A model generated the notes under the pieces. That model searched no databases. It worked only from the letters and a program-made list of their open reading frames with translations, and was not told where the DNA came from. From the NCBI GenBank assembly GCA_951406725.2, contig OX597837.1, positions 12,896,001 to 12,960,000 of the forward strand: 64,000 nt of DNA, written 5' to 3'. This document shows, in pieces, positions 63,834-64,000 of the stretch. Both the position numbers and the translations under genes were made by a program. The DNA is from Octopus vulgaris. Its lineage: Eukaryota. Every line of letters begins with the position of its first letter. Positions within the stretch are counted from its first letter, which is position 1.

Positions 63834-64000
63834 CTGGAAAACAGAAGAGAAGACAATAAAATACCGAAGAATATAAAAATACATAAAACCCTACAAATAC
63901 CGAATAATATACTTCCTTCTTATTTTTATTTATATATTCATAAATATATTTCTTTACTACCCACAAGGGGCTAAACACAGAGGGGACAAACAAACGGATA

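Overview
Eukaryotic, AT-rich, intron-dominated window; the SINE, LINE and microsatellite landscape suggests an octopus (inference). Two protein-coding genes lie on the minus strand. The first is the last two exons of eIF2B-delta (EIF2B4: 63653-63833 and 62463-62659). The second is a TTC39C-like gene spread over more than 56 kb, with exons at 56571-56701, 27312-27360, 7671-7808 and 471-568; about 180 aa of middle exons expected between 569 and 7670 could not be found. The rest is mostly repeats: a young 5'-truncated RTE LINE carrying a PHD finger inside its RT ORF, at least four tRNA-derived SINE families, piggyBac-, hAT- and other MITEs, a non-autonomous Helitron, a Helentron-type element, mariner/maT/CR1/RTE relics and very long microsatellites. 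The most notable non-gene signals are a Penelope/retrozyme-like direct-plus-inverted repeat containing a minimal type I hammerhead ribozyme (61203-61801), further degenerate hammerhead motifs, SINE multimers with one recurrent junction, and many inverted repeats able to form dsRNA. Most ORFs in the supplied track are microsatellite or SINE artefacts. Repeat boundaries are approximate, and all homology calls are by eye without database searches.
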